Assembly (NCBI GenBank): GCA_035532895.1
Contig: DATKQD010000013.1
Span: forward strand, 1-47,814
From: Chloroflexota bacterium
GTDB lineage: Bacteria > Chloroflexota > JAJPGV01
Length of the DNA stretch: 47,814 nucleotides
Direction of reading: 5' to 3'
How positions within the stretch are numbered: the stretch's first letter is position 1; every line of letters starts with the position of its first letter. Below are positions 1 to 8,729 of this stretch, piece by piece. The position numbers and the translations under genes are program-made. The notes under the pieces were generated by a model, which ran no database searches, was not told the origin of the DNA, and saw only the letters and a program-made list of their open reading frames with translations.

Positions 1-1230
1 TCATAAGTCTGGGTTACCGGAGTGAAGACGGGAATCAGAAGTGCGGGTTACCGAACGTGTCCTGGCGACGGGAACACGTGGTGAACCAGGAGGGCTGACC
101 AGGTCCCAGAGGCGTTCCAGTTCGACCTGCAGTTGGCGCTGGAGTTGCAGGGGATTGAGGCTGGCATACAAGGCGGTAAGCTCCTGCCGTTTGATGGGAC
201 TGAGCACGTGGGTCGTCAAGACCCGTTGGAAGGGTGTCTGCGCACGATCGTAGCGGCGCTGGAGGATGGCGCCATGATGGTGCTTCTCGAGGAGTTGGCG
301 GACGGGCTGAAAGAAGTTGGCCTGAAGACGGACGAGGCGATACACCTCAGCCAACTGGCGATGGGCAGCTTTGGTAGCCAATCGGCCGTAGCCGATCAGA
401 TGTCGTACTAACGCCCCGTTCTTTTGCTCCACATGGGCACTGTCGTTCTTCTTGTACGGCCGGCTGCGGGTGAAGGTGATGTGGTGCTGCAGGCAGTACG
501 CCAAGAAGGCGTAGTTGATGAACTCCGAGCCATTATCGCTATCCAGCCCAAGCAGCGGCATGGGCAACTGCCGGCGGATGGCATGCACTCCGCTTTTGAC
601 CCGGGATTGGCCCTTCCCCCAGACGGCCTGCAGTTCTACCCAACCGGTGGCGATGTCGACGCTGGTCAGCGTGCACAGGTAGAACCCCTGGGTGCTGTCA
701 CCGCAATGGGCCACCAGGTCGATTTCCAGAAAGCCCGGCTTGGCGTCATTCCAATCGGCAAAGGTCCGTACTGGAATCTGATGCTTGAGCCAGGCGCCGA
801 CTTTGGTAATGGTCTGGCCACGCGGAGGCGCCAAGCTTCGGAAGGGCGCCAACAACCGCTGCAGAGTGGCAGCACTGGCCTGGCGTAAGAGCTGCTCCGT
901 GTTCGGATGGAGCCGGATCTCTCCACACGCTTTGAGCCGGTCCAGCAACTCGTTCACAAACGGGTGCAGCCGCGCCGCTCCGATGAAGCCCGCCGCTTCC
1001 CAGACCACTCGCGCAGCGTCGGCGACATCGGGTCCGTACTGCCGCGGTCGTCCTGAACGCCGCCCAGCAGCACGGCGCCGTTTGCTGCCCAGCAGCCGTA
1101 TGGCTGCCTTCCGATGAAAGCCGGTGACGGCCACCACTTCGTCCAGCAGCTGACTCTTCTCTGAATGGCTGGCCCGCCGGTACCGCTCTCGTTGCTTGGC
1201 CGCGTATTCCCCGATGCTCTCTCGGGTCAC
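1..1230 (-). CDS. DDE transposase with integrase (rve) core domain, IS481/ISNCY-like
   Basis: ORF 1..1353(-). Catalytic-core-like segments: EIDLVAHCGD, LDSDNGSEFIN, HVEQKNGALVR. N-terminal HTH-like segment: EKSQLLDEVVAVTGFHRKAAIRLL. Preferred start is GTG at 1230, with GGAGG 5 nt upstream. The ORF-track start at 1353 lies outside the inverted repeat. Confidence 0.85.
   Translation of the reverse strand: MTRESIGEYAAKQRERYRRASHSEKSQLLDEVVAVTGFHRKAAIRLLGSKRRRAAGRRSGRPRQYGPDVADAARVVWEAAGFIGAARLHPFVNELLDRLKACGEIRLHPNTEQLLRQASAATLQRLLAPFRSLAPPRGQTITKVGAWLKHQIPVRTFADWNDAKPGFLEIDLVAHCGDSTQGFYLCTLTSVDIATGWVELQAVWGKGQSRVKSGVHAIRRQLPMPLLGLDSDNGSEFINYAFLAYCLQHHITFTRSRPYKKNDSAHVEQKNGALVRHLIGYGRLATKAAHRQLAEVYRLVRLQANFFQPVRQLLEKHHHGAILQRRYDRAQTPFQRVLTTHVLSPIKRQELTALYASLNPLQLQRQLQVELERLWDLVSPPGSPRVPVARTRSVTRTSDSRLHSGNPDL
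12..57. repeat. Left terminal inverted repeat of the IS (two GGTTACCG boxes plus GAATCAGAAGT)
   Basis: GGTTACCG at 12-19 and 46-53; GAATCAGAAGT at 32-42. Confidence 0.75.
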
Positions 1231-1241
1231 CGCTCCCTCCG

Positions 1242-1287
1242 TTTGCGGTAACCCTACTTCTGATTCAAGCTCCCTTGTTCGGTAACC
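1242..1287. repeat. Right terminal inverted repeat of the IS (mirror of 12-57)
   Basis: CGGTAACC at 1246-1253 and 1280-1287; ACTTCTGATTC at 1256-1266. The box spacing is 34 nt, the same as at the left end. Confidence 0.75.
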
Positions 1288-1346
1288 AAAGTTTTGCGAC
1301 GGCGCGGCCTCTTGCATCAACAGCGTCCCCAAGTATGCTTGTTGCC

Positions 1347-1577
1347 ATGCCACTCTACGAGTACCACTGCAGCGCCTGCCACAGCACCTTCGAGCTCCTG
1401 CGGGACATGGCGGCCGCCAGCGAACCCGCGCCCTGTGGGGAGTGCGGTGAGAGCACCCACGTGGCGCGGCGGATCACCAGCTTTGTCCGGATCGGTGGCG
1501 CGGCCAGTGAAGCACCGATCGCGACGGGTGCGCCGAGCGCTGGGGGCTGCTGCGGCGGCGCCTGCGGCTGCCACTGA
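1347..1577 (+). CDS. FmdB-family zinc-ribbon putative regulatory protein
   Basis: Starts MPLYEYHCSACHSTFE, followed by a second CxxC (CGECG) and a Gly/Cys-rich tail GGCCGGACGCH. ATG at 1347 is in frame within ORF 1275..1577. Confidence 0.8.
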   Translation: MPLYEYHCSACHSTFELLRDMAAASEPAPCGECGESTHVARRITSFVRIGGAASEAPIATGAPSAGGCCGGACGCH

Positions 1578-1674
1578 CCCTATGCGCGGTGGTCGAGCCG
1601 TGCAGCGCCGATCACTTGCTGTATGTTCCACATGAAACATCCGTGCCAGCCGGTGTAACGCGCCGCCGACCATA

Positions 1675-2253
1675 TTGCTGCCTATGGCACCCAGCGGCGC
1701 GTGCGGCGATGATTCGCTACCCCATGTCCCACCCTTCCTGAGCGACAGCCCTCAGGAGCCGGGCGCTGGTGACTTCACCAGCCTCTATCAGCGACACGCC
1801 GCGCATGTCTACGCGTATCTCTTCAGCCAGGTAGGCAACCGCCAGGAAGCGGAGGACCTCACCTCGGCCGTCTTCCTCAAAGTGCTGCGCGCGCTGCCCC
1901 GCTTCGAAGGGCGCGGCACGCTGGAGAGCTGGCTCTTTCAAATCGCCCGTGCCACGATAAGTGACCACTGGCGAGAGCACTACAAGCTCGCCGCCCTGCC
2001 CCTACCCGACCAGTGGGATGCTCCGGACCTGGGCCCAGCGCCGCTCACTTCGCCCAGCGCTCGCGAAACCTTCGTTCATGAGCTCCTGGATCGCCTCCCG
2101 CCCAATTACCGCGCCGTGCTCACTCATCGCTTCCTGCTGCGATCCACCGTTCGCGATACCGCCCGGGCGCTTGGCCTCTCCGAAAGCAACGTTAAGGTCC
2201 TGCAGTTCCGCGCGCTCCGGCGCGCCGCTGAGCTCGGCCGCGATGCCCTGTAG
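1675..2253 (+). CDS. ECF-type RNA polymerase sigma-70 family factor
   Basis: Region 2-like EAEDLTSAVFLKVLRAL...WLFQIARATISDHWR. Region 4 HTH: TVRDTARALGLSESNVKVLQFRALRRA. An alternative ATG start lies at 1684. Confidence 0.85.
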   Translation: MLPMAPSGACGDDSLPHVPPFLSDSPQEPGAGDFTSLYQRHAAHVYAYLFSQVGNRQEAEDLTSAVFLKVLRALPRFEGRGTLESWLFQIARATISDHWREHYKLAALPLPDQWDAPDLGPAPLTSPSARETFVHELLDRLPPNYRAVLTHRFLLRSTVRDTARALGLSESNVKVLQFRALRRAAELGRDAL

Positions 2254-2378
2254 ACGTTGTGACCGCGGCCCGCGGCAATCGGGACCGGCTCCGTTGGCGT
2301 TCTGGCTCCGCACCGCACTCGCCGTTCGCTGGGCTGGTCCCCGGCCACTCATGACTTTTCGCCCAAACGTCTGTCACC

Positions 2379-3077
2379 ATGTCTGACGACTCTGAACGGC
2401 CGCCTGAAAACCTGGGCGACTACGATGCGCTTAGTGCGCACGTGGACGACCTGCTCGCGGGGCTCCCATCTTCGAAGCGGGCGCCGTTGCCGCCGGCTCA
2501 GCCGCGTCTGCTGCGGATCGCGGCATTGTTGAACAGCGTCTCGGCACCAGCGGCGCAGCCGCGCCCACACTTTCTCCGGCAGCTCGAAAGGCAATTGCAG
2601 CCCAGTGGCGCTCGGCCTTCCCGCTTCCCTCGACGGCAGGTGTTGGCCTCCTTCGCAGCACTCGGCCTGCTCGTTGCCGGTGGCATCGGCGACCGAGCGC
2701 TGCAGCTCGCCACGCGCGCCTCCTCTCCGCCTGGTTGGGTGCCCATCACCACGCTGCGCATACTCACCCCCGGTAGGGTTATGCGCTTCGTGGCGCAGGG
2801 GATGGTGGGCCACGTGCTGAACATCGGCGGCCAGGTGTGGGCGCTCTCAGCCGTCTGCACCCACCAGGCCTGCCTGCTGGACTGGCAAGCCCAAACCCGC
2901 ACCTTCGACTGCGGCTGCCACGGCGCCGCGTTCAATGCCGACGGCACGCAGCACCCTCTGCCAACCTATCCTCGCATCTTGCCACCGCTCGCACGCCTGC
3001 CCGTGATGGTTCTGCAGGGCCGGGTGCTCGTGCAAATAGTTGCGCCGGTGGCGCCGCCAACGCCCCTGCCTTACTGA
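2379..3077 (+). CDS. Membrane-anchored Rieske [2Fe-2S] domain protein (possible anti-sigma-like partner)
   Basis: Rieske boxes CTHQAC and CGCHGA. Twin-arginine-like motif plus hydrophobic stretch: SRFPRRQVLASFAALGLLVAGG. A soluble N-terminal segment of about 85 aa precedes it. Confidence 0.75.
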   Translation: MSDDSERPPENLGDYDALSAHVDDLLAGLPSSKRAPLPPAQPRLLRIAALLNSVSAPAAQPRPHFLRQLERQLQPSGARPSRFPRRQVLASFAALGLLVAGGIGDRALQLATRASSPPGWVPITTLRILTPGRVMRFVAQGMVGHVLNIGGQVWALSAVCTHQACLLDWQAQTRTFDCGCHGAAFNADGTQHPLPTYPRILPPLARLPVMVLQGRVLVQIVAPVAPPTPLPY

Positions 3078-3252
3078 TTCCTCCGCCACTCATCGGCTGC
3101 GGGCAGGCGTGCAGGCGCGGTTCTCAGCGCTTCCTTCCCCTGAGGCGCTGTACAGCGTTTCGGGCCAGAGAGGTTCCCTACCCGCGCTACGCGCCAGGGC
3201 CCCCCCGAGCGTACTGCCATTACCCTCGGCCAGGGTACAATTCGCCGGCCTC

Positions 3253-4230
3253 GTGAAGCTGCCCTCTCTTGTCTCCCTGCTGCTGGCCGCCCTCCTCACT
3301 CTCAGCGGGGCCGCCGCCGTGGTGCTCACAACCAGTGGCGCGCAACTGCCCGCTGCCTCGCCCGCGCCAGCACCCGATCTCGCGCCGCCGAAACTGGCGC
3401 CTCAGCGCGCCCGCGCCCTCCTGCCACCCCCTTCGCCCACAGCGCTGGCCGCGTCGCCAACGGTGGCGCCCGCGGCACCGAGCCCCGTGATCGCCCCCAC
3501 CATTTCAGCCGCGGCGGGCGCGGCACCGGTCGCCCGACAACGGGCAGGACCGGTTACCACCGTGCCCATCCTGATGTACCACTACATCCGCGAGCTGCCC
3601 GCCAACACCCCTGATCGCATCGGCTATGGGCTCTCCATTCCGCCGGTGACCTTTGACCAGCAACTGGCCTATCTGGCGCGCGCCGGCTTCCACGGCGTGA
3701 CCATGTCCCAGGTCACCAACCACGTGTTGACCGGCGCACCGCTGCCACCGCGCCCGATTGCCCTTACCTTCGACGACGGCTACAGCGACTTCTATACCGC
3801 GGCTCTGCCGCTGCTGCAGCGTTATCACTTCACCGCCACGACCTTCCTGGTCGTGAACTTCCTGGGCCGACCACAGTACATGAGCTGGCAGCAAGCCCTC
3901 CAGCTCTCCAACGACGGCATCGAGGTCGGCGCGCATACGCTCGACCACGTGGACCTCGCGATTCAACCGCTGGCCACGGCCACCCGCGAGATTCGAGACA
4001 GCGGCCTTATCCTGCGGCAGCGGTTTGGGGTGCCGGTGCAGGCGTTCGCGTACCCAAGCGGCCGTTACGACGCGGCCGTGCTGCGCATCGTCGCCGCCAG
4101 CGGCTTCACCTCGGCAGTCACCACCAACTACGGCTCCAGCTACACCCGGGCCGAACTGCTCACCTTACCGCGCGTCCGCGTCTACGGCGGCATTACCATG
4201 CCGTCCTATATCAAGGAAGTCGGCGGCTAG
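3253..4230 (+). CDS. Polysaccharide deacetylase (NodB homology domain) with N-terminal TM segment and Pro/Ala linker
   Basis: NodB motifs ALTFDDGYSDF and HTLDHVDL. TM segment: LPSLVSLLLAALLTLSGAAAVVL. The ORF track starts at 3040 and overlaps the previous gene; GTG at 3253 is preferred. Confidence 0.85.
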   Translation: MKLPSLVSLLLAALLTLSGAAAVVLTTSGAQLPAASPAPAPDLAPPKLAPQRARALLPPPSPTALAASPTVAPAAPSPVIAPTISAAAGAAPVARQRAGPVTTVPILMYHYIRELPANTPDRIGYGLSIPPVTFDQQLAYLARAGFHGVTMSQVTNHVLTGAPLPPRPIALTFDDGYSDFYTAALPLLQRYHFTATTFLVVNFLGRPQYMSWQQALQLSNDGIEVGAHTLDHVDLAIQPLATATREIRDSGLILRQRFGVPVQAFAYPSGRYDAAVLRIVAASGFTSAVTTNYGSSYTRAELLTLPRVRVYGGITMPSYIKEVGG

Positions 4231-4244
4231 CCGATACTTCAGTC

Positions 4245-4496
4245 GTGCCAGGCTGGTTGGGCTTCCTCACACTGCTCGGCGGCCTGGCAGTAGTGCTCGT
4301 AGCCATCGCCTACCCGCGTGAGGTGCGCCGCGACCCCGAGCCACTGATCGACTTCGCCCACCTGGACCTGCCACCCATCGAACGCTTGTTCCAGCGCCGG
4401 GGCCCGCGGCCCTCCCGACAGCGCTCGGCGGCACCGCCTGTTCCCTCTTCCGAACCGGACCCCCCGGCTCCCGATATCACGGCACTCGCCCCCTGA
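4245..4496 (+). CDS. Hypothetical small membrane protein
   Basis: One TM segment (WLGFLTLLGGLAVVLVAIAY). It lies 15 nt after the deacetylase stop on the same strand. No recognisable family. Confidence 0.3.
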   Translation: MPGWLGFLTLLGGLAVVLVAIAYPREVRRDPEPLIDFAHLDLPPIERLFQRRGPRPSRQRSAAPPVPSSEPDPPAPDITALAP

Positions 4497-4630
4497 GCCA
4501 CAGCCCCGGTCATCCTACTCGGTGATTCGGCGGTGAGCATCAGCGTGTGCGCCGTGCCGAATCTAGCCAGCCGGGCGTCGCACGATCCAGGGCGGCCACT
4601 TCCGGCTGCTTCCCGATAGAGCTCGCCAGG

Positions 4631-5143
4631 TCACGTCGAACCACGTGGCGGCGGATCGGATACGTACCGAACCAGATATACGAGCTCTCCGCGGTCATCA
4701 ACAACGCTGTGGTGCCGATGAAAGTTGAGCTTCTCTAACACCGCGAATGACGAGCCATTCCAGCCGCGTACCGTAGCCCACAGAGTCCTCCGGCCTGTCG
4801 CAAAAGCAGCTTCCATGACGGCGCGCGCCGCCTCCGTCGTGTAACCCCGGCCCCGCGCCTCAGGGAGAATCTCGTAGGCGATTTCGGGTTCATCCACGCT
4901 CCCCCGCCCAACCAACAAGCCACAGTACCCAATGCGATCGCCTTCGGCCCGGCGTCGTACGCCAAGAAATCCCAGACCACTCTCTTCTGCCTCGGCGCGC
5001 TGCTTCACGAGGTGCTCTCGACATTCCTTGAGCGTCAGGCTGGTCCCGCCTTCATGCTCCCGAAGCAGTGCCAGATTCACCGCTGCATCCTCGGCATCAC
5101 GCAGGCGCAAAATGAGTCGCTGTGTGTCAATCGCGAAAGACAT
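4631..5143 (-). CDS. GNAT-family N-acetyltransferase (RimJ/RimL-like)
   Basis: Starts MSFAIDTQRLILRLRD. Acetyl-CoA motif region: IAYEILPEARGRGYTTEAARAVM. ATG at 5143 is in frame; the N-terminal extension to 5494 is Arg/Pro-rich junk. Confidence 0.8.
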   Translation of the reverse strand: MSFAIDTQRLILRLRDAEDAAVNLALLREHEGGTSLTLKECREHLVKQRAEAEESGLGFLGVRRRAEGDRIGYCGLLVGRGSVDEPEIAYEILPEARGRGYTTEAARAVMEAAFATGRRTLWATVRGWNGSSFAVLEKLNFHRHHSVVDDRGELVYLVRYVSDPPPRGST

Positions 5144-5210
5144 CGGCGGGTAGCGCCGCGGCTCTCCGCTCACCGTCCTCCGCCAGCAAGGGCCGTGGAC
5201 GCCTCCTCTT

Positions 5211-6044
5211 TCATGGGGAGCTCGGTGTCGGCACGAAGGGCGGCGCCGCCGTGGGAATTGGAGTGGCATCGGTGGCCACCGGCGTAGCGCCAAACGACGC
5301 GGAACCGGGCGTTGCTCCCGGCAGTTCCGCGGAGAGGGCCTTCGCCGTGGCCTGGATAGAGGCCAGGTCAGACCCGATGCCCGTACTTGAGCTGGCCGCG
5401 GGCGTTCCTGGTATCGCGAACAGCGACGCGACGGTGGGAGTCGGCGTGGCACCAACGCTCGGGCGACTGCTCGTGGCTCCGGCGGGCGTTGCACGAGCGG
5501 AACCCGCCGCCGTCGGCGTGCTCACGGGCGCAACGGCCGCCGGAGCCACCGGCTGAGGGGCGCTTGCTGCTTGGGCCGGTTGGACAGAGGGCGCCCCTGC
5601 AACGCTCGGTCCAGCGCTGGGCAGCACACCTACACGGTCGCTTACTGTAGCTGGCCCGGGCGTGCCGAGCGAAGAAATCACCACCGGGCGCACGCTCATA
5701 GCAGCCGGGACGGTCGTGGGCGTCACTGTCGCGAGCGGCAAGCCAGCCAACATGCCTTGCGCGGCGCCCGTCACCACCAGCAGCACCAGCAGCAGTGCAA
5801 CCCCAGCCAGCAGCGCGGGCCACACAAAGTTCGGCGGCTTGCGCCCCCAGCTCCTCGTCTCGCCGACCACGCGCCACGCCTTGGGCTTTCGACCAGGTTT
5901 GGCGGGCGGCACCGCCGCGGGATGTCGCCCTATCTGGCCATGGAAGTCCGGCAATTGGCGCGGCAACTGCTCGGCTCCCTCGTCCGATATCCGCCACTCG
6001 CGTCCGCCGCCTCGCGCGTCCTCCCCGCCAGAGCGCCGATTCAT
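5211..6044 (-). CDS. Hypothetical single-pass membrane protein with a long Pro/Ala/Thr/Ser-rich extracytoplasmic tail
   Basis: TM segment FVWPALLAGVALLLVLLVVTGAA, then low-complexity PATS-rich sequence. Several overlapping ORFs compete here; this one has the most protein-like architecture. Confidence 0.4.
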   Translation of the reverse strand: MNRRSGGEDARGGGREWRISDEGAEQLPRQLPDFHGQIGRHPAAVPPAKPGRKPKAWRVVGETRSWGRKPPNFVWPALLAGVALLLVLLVVTGAAQGMLAGLPLATVTPTTVPAAMSVRPVVISSLGTPGPATVSDRVGVLPSAGPSVAGAPSVQPAQAASAPQPVAPAAVAPVSTPTAAGSARATPAGATSSRPSVGATPTPTVASLFAIPGTPAASSSTGIGSDLASIQATAKALSAELPGATPGSASFGATPVATDATPIPTAAPPFVPTPSSP

Positions 6045-6207
6045 ACTGCCGGGCGCGGTTCCCCAACGCTATCCGTGGCCAGTAGAAGCAGCGCCGTCGC
6101 ACACTCACTCAAACCGTTGGGTTGCCAGGCATTGCTGCACCGCCTCCCAAGCCGGGCTTGGCGCGAGCCCTCCAGCACTGCATCTTCGCCGAGGGCTGAA
6201 CCGCTAA

Positions 6208-6423
6208 CTAGCTCTTGTCGGAATCTACCGCCATCATGAACAGGCAGTACGCCACGAGGGTGAGCGCTATCACCAGAAAGCCGACAAACGCACCGTAGCC
6301 GGTGGTGGCTGGATCCGCCGCCAGCATCTTGGCTGCAAACGCCAAACCAAGCCAGGCCAAAATCATCAAGCCGGCAAGCCACCAGAGTGACGCATCGCGG
6401 TGCCGGCGTGGCTGATTCATCAT
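6208..6423 (-). CDS. Hypothetical small two-TM membrane protein
   Basis: 71 aa with two hydrophobic helices (LWWLAGLMILAWLGLAFAA and YGAFVGFLVIALTLVAYCLFMMA). Confidence 0.4.
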   Translation of the reverse strand: MMNQPRRHRDASLWWLAGLMILAWLGLAFAAKMLAADPATTGYGAFVGFLVIALTLVAYCLFMMAVDSDKS

Positions 6424-6475
6424 GGCTTGGTTCTCCTTGGGTTGGGCAATCCGCCCTTCATGCTAGCACAAGCCT

Positions 6476-7399
6476 TCAGCGTCGAGCCACCTTGGGCAGC
6501 GGAACCAATGGCAGCGGATTCGCCGGCCGTGCATCGAGCTCCGCCTGGCGGGCTGCCCAGGCATCGTCCGCCGCGAGCCGTTGGCCGCGTGCGTCCGTCC
6601 GCCACCGCGCCGCCGCGCTGGCCGGAGACATCGCCTCCTGCACAAACGTCATCACGGCCCGGTTCACCGCGTCGGCGCGCTCGAGATGCGGCAAATATCC
6701 GCACTGAGTCACCACCTCGCGCCGCGCCCAAGGCAGGGCTCTCGCCAGAGCATTCTGCATCCCTGGTGCCTGATAGCGATCCTCCTCGCCCGAGAGGAGC
6801 AGCACCGGCATTCCGGCCAAACCCTGAAGGGACGGCGCCACCCAGGCCTCGGCCGCCTCGGCATATGCAGCCGCCACTTCGGCACGCGGCGCGTTGGCCT
6901 CGTAGGTCTCCAGCAAACGGTCCAGCGACCCAGGATTGCGCTTTATGAAGCCGGGCGCCAGCTGCAGCCCAACCTCGCAACGTCGCCGGTCTGCCGGGCT
7001 GAGCTGAGCCACCGCGTCATTCAGCGCCTGGGCCTCGGCCGACAGCCATGCCTCCGCCGCGCCGGCCAGGCCGGCCTCAAGCAGAACCAGCCGCTCCACG
7101 CATTCGGGGTGCGCCAGCGCTAGATCTAAGGCCACGAATCCGCCCTCGTTCGCCGCCACCACCGTGCAGCTGGCGGTATCCGTTGACCGCAGCGCGTCGA
7201 GCGCAGCCTCCGTCTGTGCGGGCCGCGTGCACTTGGCTAACGCTTCCTCGCTTGATCGCCCTATGCCGGGCGGATCATAGGTAAGGACACGGGCCAGGCG
7301 CTGCATGGGCGGCACCTGCCGAAACCACGACCAGGCACCCATGTTCGCCCCCGGAATGAGCAGGACTGTCGGGCCCTCGCCGTGTACTTCAACGTGCAT
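6476..7399 (-). CDS. Alpha/beta-fold hydrolase family protein with an atypical nucleophile elbow
   Basis: Starts MHVEVHGEGPTVLLIPGANMGAWSW. Other fold markers: LTYDPPGIGRS, and HPECVERLVLLEAG after the elbow. The elbow reads VVAANEGGF, with Glu where Ser or Asp is expected. C-terminal GYLPHLE supplies the His. Confidence 0.75.
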   Translation of the reverse strand: MHVEVHGEGPTVLLIPGANMGAWSWFRQVPPMQRLARVLTYDPPGIGRSSEEALAKCTRPAQTEAALDALRSTDTASCTVVAANEGGFVALDLALAHPECVERLVLLEAGLAGAAEAWLSAEAQALNDAVAQLSPADRRRCEVGLQLAPGFIKRNPGSLDRLLETYEANAPRAEVAAAYAEAAEAWVAPSLQGLAGMPVLLLSGEEDRYQAPGMQNALARALPWARREVVTQCGYLPHLERADAVNRAVMTFVQEAMSPASAAARWRTDARGQRLAADDAWAARQAELDARPANPLPLVPLPKVARR

Positions 7400-7465
7400 A
7401 TCACGTACTCCCGTCCGACCCATCCGCGCTACCGCGGCCGCCGCGGCTCGACGTGTGGCCGAGCT

Positions 7466-7783
7466 TCAGGCGCTGGGCGCGTCCGGCTGGCGGCGCCGGC
7501 CACTTCCGCTCTTGGGGGTGCCGCGGCCATTGCGCCCGCCCTTGCGGCCAATCTCCGCGTAATGCGCGCTGCCGTGGCGCGCCTTGGTCACTTCCCCACC
7601 GCTCCGGCCCAGCTCGGTGTAGTCGGCTCCGCGCTCCTTCAGCGCATTGCCGCCCTTGCGGCCAATCTCTCGGAAGAACTCCACGCCATATTTGGCGCGC
7701 ACGGCCTTGCCACCGTTGCGACCGCGAGATTCGCCATTGCTCGGTTCGGATGAAGACGCCAAAACTCTCACTCCCTGAGCCAA
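7466..7783 (-). CDS. KGG-repeat general stress protein (stress-induced acidophilic repeat family, YciG/GsiB-like)
   Basis: Repeated units: FFREIGRKGG, YTELGRSGG, YAEIGRKGG. Confidence 0.8.
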   Translation of the reverse strand: MAQGVRVLASSSEPSNGESRGRNGGKAVRAKYGVEFFREIGRKGGNALKERGADYTELGRSGGEVTKARHGSAHYAEIGRKGGRNGRGTPKSGSGRRRQPDAPSA

Positions 7784-7997
7784 TTTGAGTTGATTCGCTC
7801 CCCGGTCGAAGCGACCCCAGGCTTAGCGTGGGGCCGACCGCCGCGATCGGACCAGATCTTGCATGCACCCGGACCAGAGCTTCTGCCGGGGCCTGTGCAA
7901 CCCGGCGCATTCTAGTTCCCAGGCGTTAGCGGGCCAAAGACCGGAACTTTTGGGGCGCCTGGCTCTAGCCTAAAAGTCAGGCCGCTAACTTGTCACC

Positions 7998-8729
7998 TCA
8001 ATGGCCATTCGCGGCGGGTACTTTGAGACTGATCCGGCTGTCCTCTTCCTCTTCTTCGTCCATATCCTTGAGGTCTTCCAACGCCGCGCTCCAGGCGGCC
8101 ACTTCGGCGGCTGGCACCACCAATGCGTTCGGCGCAATCAACGTGAGCAGCTGGGCCGCGACCGGTTTGATGCCGCTGCCCACTTTCATCAGCAGCGGCT
8201 TGCGCACCAACTCGCGATCCACCCGTTTCTCCATCAGCTCCCGTACGGTGAACCCTTCAACCGAGTCTGGCGCATCCACCTGCACCGCTCGCTCCGGCAG
8301 AAAGTTCAGCGCCTTGAGCAGGTTCTCCGTGAGCGCGTCCTTGAGTTCCAGCACCACGGCCACCCCTGAGATGAGGAACACCGCGGCCGGTACGTCGCCT
8401 GCCTCTACTTTGAGATAGTCCAGCCCCTGGCCCTCGAACGCCCGGCCATCGAACGTCGGCGGCAGCGCCCCGGCGATCGTCCCTCCGACGGGCAGGTCCA
8501 AGCCCTCGATGAACGCTCGCAGACTGCTGGGGTCGTCCGCCGTCAGGGGCACCTCCAGAACATCGGCGCCGTCGGCCGCGGCTTGCCGTGCCATGGCGGC
8601 ATCGAGTGCCGGGAGACTGGCAATGAGCACCAGGCGGCGCTTGCTCTCGCGCGTGCGCGCGCCAAAGCCCGCCGTGGCACGTGTCGTGGCCCGCCCGGCA
8701 GAGCGCAGCAGCCTAACCAGCTCGCTCAC
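7998..8729 (-). CDS. Hypothetical protein, 243 aa, acidic C-terminal tail
   Basis: Its GTG start overlaps the MerR stop (GTGA, 8726-8729). No family recognised. Tail: DMDEEEEEDSRISL. Confidence 0.55.
   Translation of the reverse strand: MSELVRLLRSAGRATTRATAGFGARTRESKRRLVLIASLPALDAAMARQAAADGADVLEVPLTADDPSSLRAFIEGLDLPVGGTIAGALPPTFDGRAFEGQGLDYLKVEAGDVPAAVFLISGVAVVLELKDALTENLLKALNFLPERAVQVDAPDSVEGFTVRELMEKRVDRELVRKPLLMKVGSGIKPVAAQLLTLIAPNALVVPAAEVAAWSAALEDLKDMDEEEEEDSRISLKVPAANGH

Larger units (their letters stand above)
1..1291 (-). mobile_element. IS element of the rve/DDE transposase type; left end at or just beyond the window start
   Basis: A single transposase ORF is bracketed by mirrored terminal repeats (12-57 versus 1242-1287). 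No similarity between the ends is visible outside roughly 10 and 1289. Confidence 0.6.

Noticed and set aside
7382-7910. ORFs 7382..7753(+), 7401..7910(-) and 7453..7788(+), which overlap the KGG stress gene.
   Set aside because: Only frame 7466..7783(-) yields the repeated GRKGG/GRSGG units of a known family. The others are Arg/Ala-rich without features.
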